Shown piece by piece: positions 63,923-64,000 of a stretch of 64,000 bases of DNA; the stretch's first letter is position 1; each line of letters opens with the position of its first letter. Origin of the DNA: Candidatus Latescibacterota bacterium (GTDB taxonomy: Bacteria; Latescibacterota; UBA2968; GCA-2709665); the NCBI GenBank assembly GCA_965203805.1, contig OZ241917.1, forward strand, positions 5,489,643 through 5,553,642, in the 5' to 3' direction. The translations under genes and the position numbers were made by a program. The notes below the pieces were generated by a model. The model made no database searches. It had not been told where the DNA came from and saw only the letters and a program-made list of their open reading frames with translations.

Positions 63923-64000
63923 CGTCCACGGGCTATAGGTCGTCTCACTTGAAAGCAGGCTATCCGTGTATCGCGCACTTCCTTCATCGGAGAGAAGACG

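Overview
High-G+C bacterial chromosomal segment, probably from an uncultivated lineage. It has one tRNA, no rRNA and no CRISPR array. Everything here comes from reading the sequence and the ORF track by eye; no searches or computations were run. Most of the window is core metabolism and housekeeping: parAB, ppdK, tRNA-Lys, cysH, a cysM-mec-cysO-rrf2-cysK cysteine module, rpsT, an FKBP isomerase, an SDR/Gfo-Idh-MocA/epimerase cluster, pyrH, purD, purE, ybdK plus an M20 amidohydrolase, dapA-pckG-dapB behind a lysine riboswitch, an M16 peptidase pair, ispH, dut, hflX and a bactofilin. Four things look accessory or unusual. (1) A visibly lower-G+C island of about 11 kb (roughly 7.3-18.3 kb) lies between cysH and the rest of the cysteine genes. 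It carries a secreted HEXXH protease, a GmrSD-like DUF262/DUF1524 nuclease, a UvrD-like SF1 helicase, a small Zn-ribbon ORF, a C-protein-controlled type II R-M system with an unrecognised nuclease, and an orphan ORF; a high-G+C HigBA pair sits just outside it (18.4-19.0 kb). (2) Three IS630-family elements (two autonomous copies and a 162-bp MITE) are stacked at a single TA between rrf2 and cysK. (3) Two previously unrecognised foldback/MITE-like repeat families are present, one with three copies and one with two. (4) A second composition break at about 61.4 kb is followed by a large SF2 (ResIII-type) helicase that reaches nearly to the window edge. The most system-like candidate is the GmrSD-like nuclease plus UvrD-like helicase (plus Zn-ribbon ORF) block. 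Whether those genes act together is inference only.
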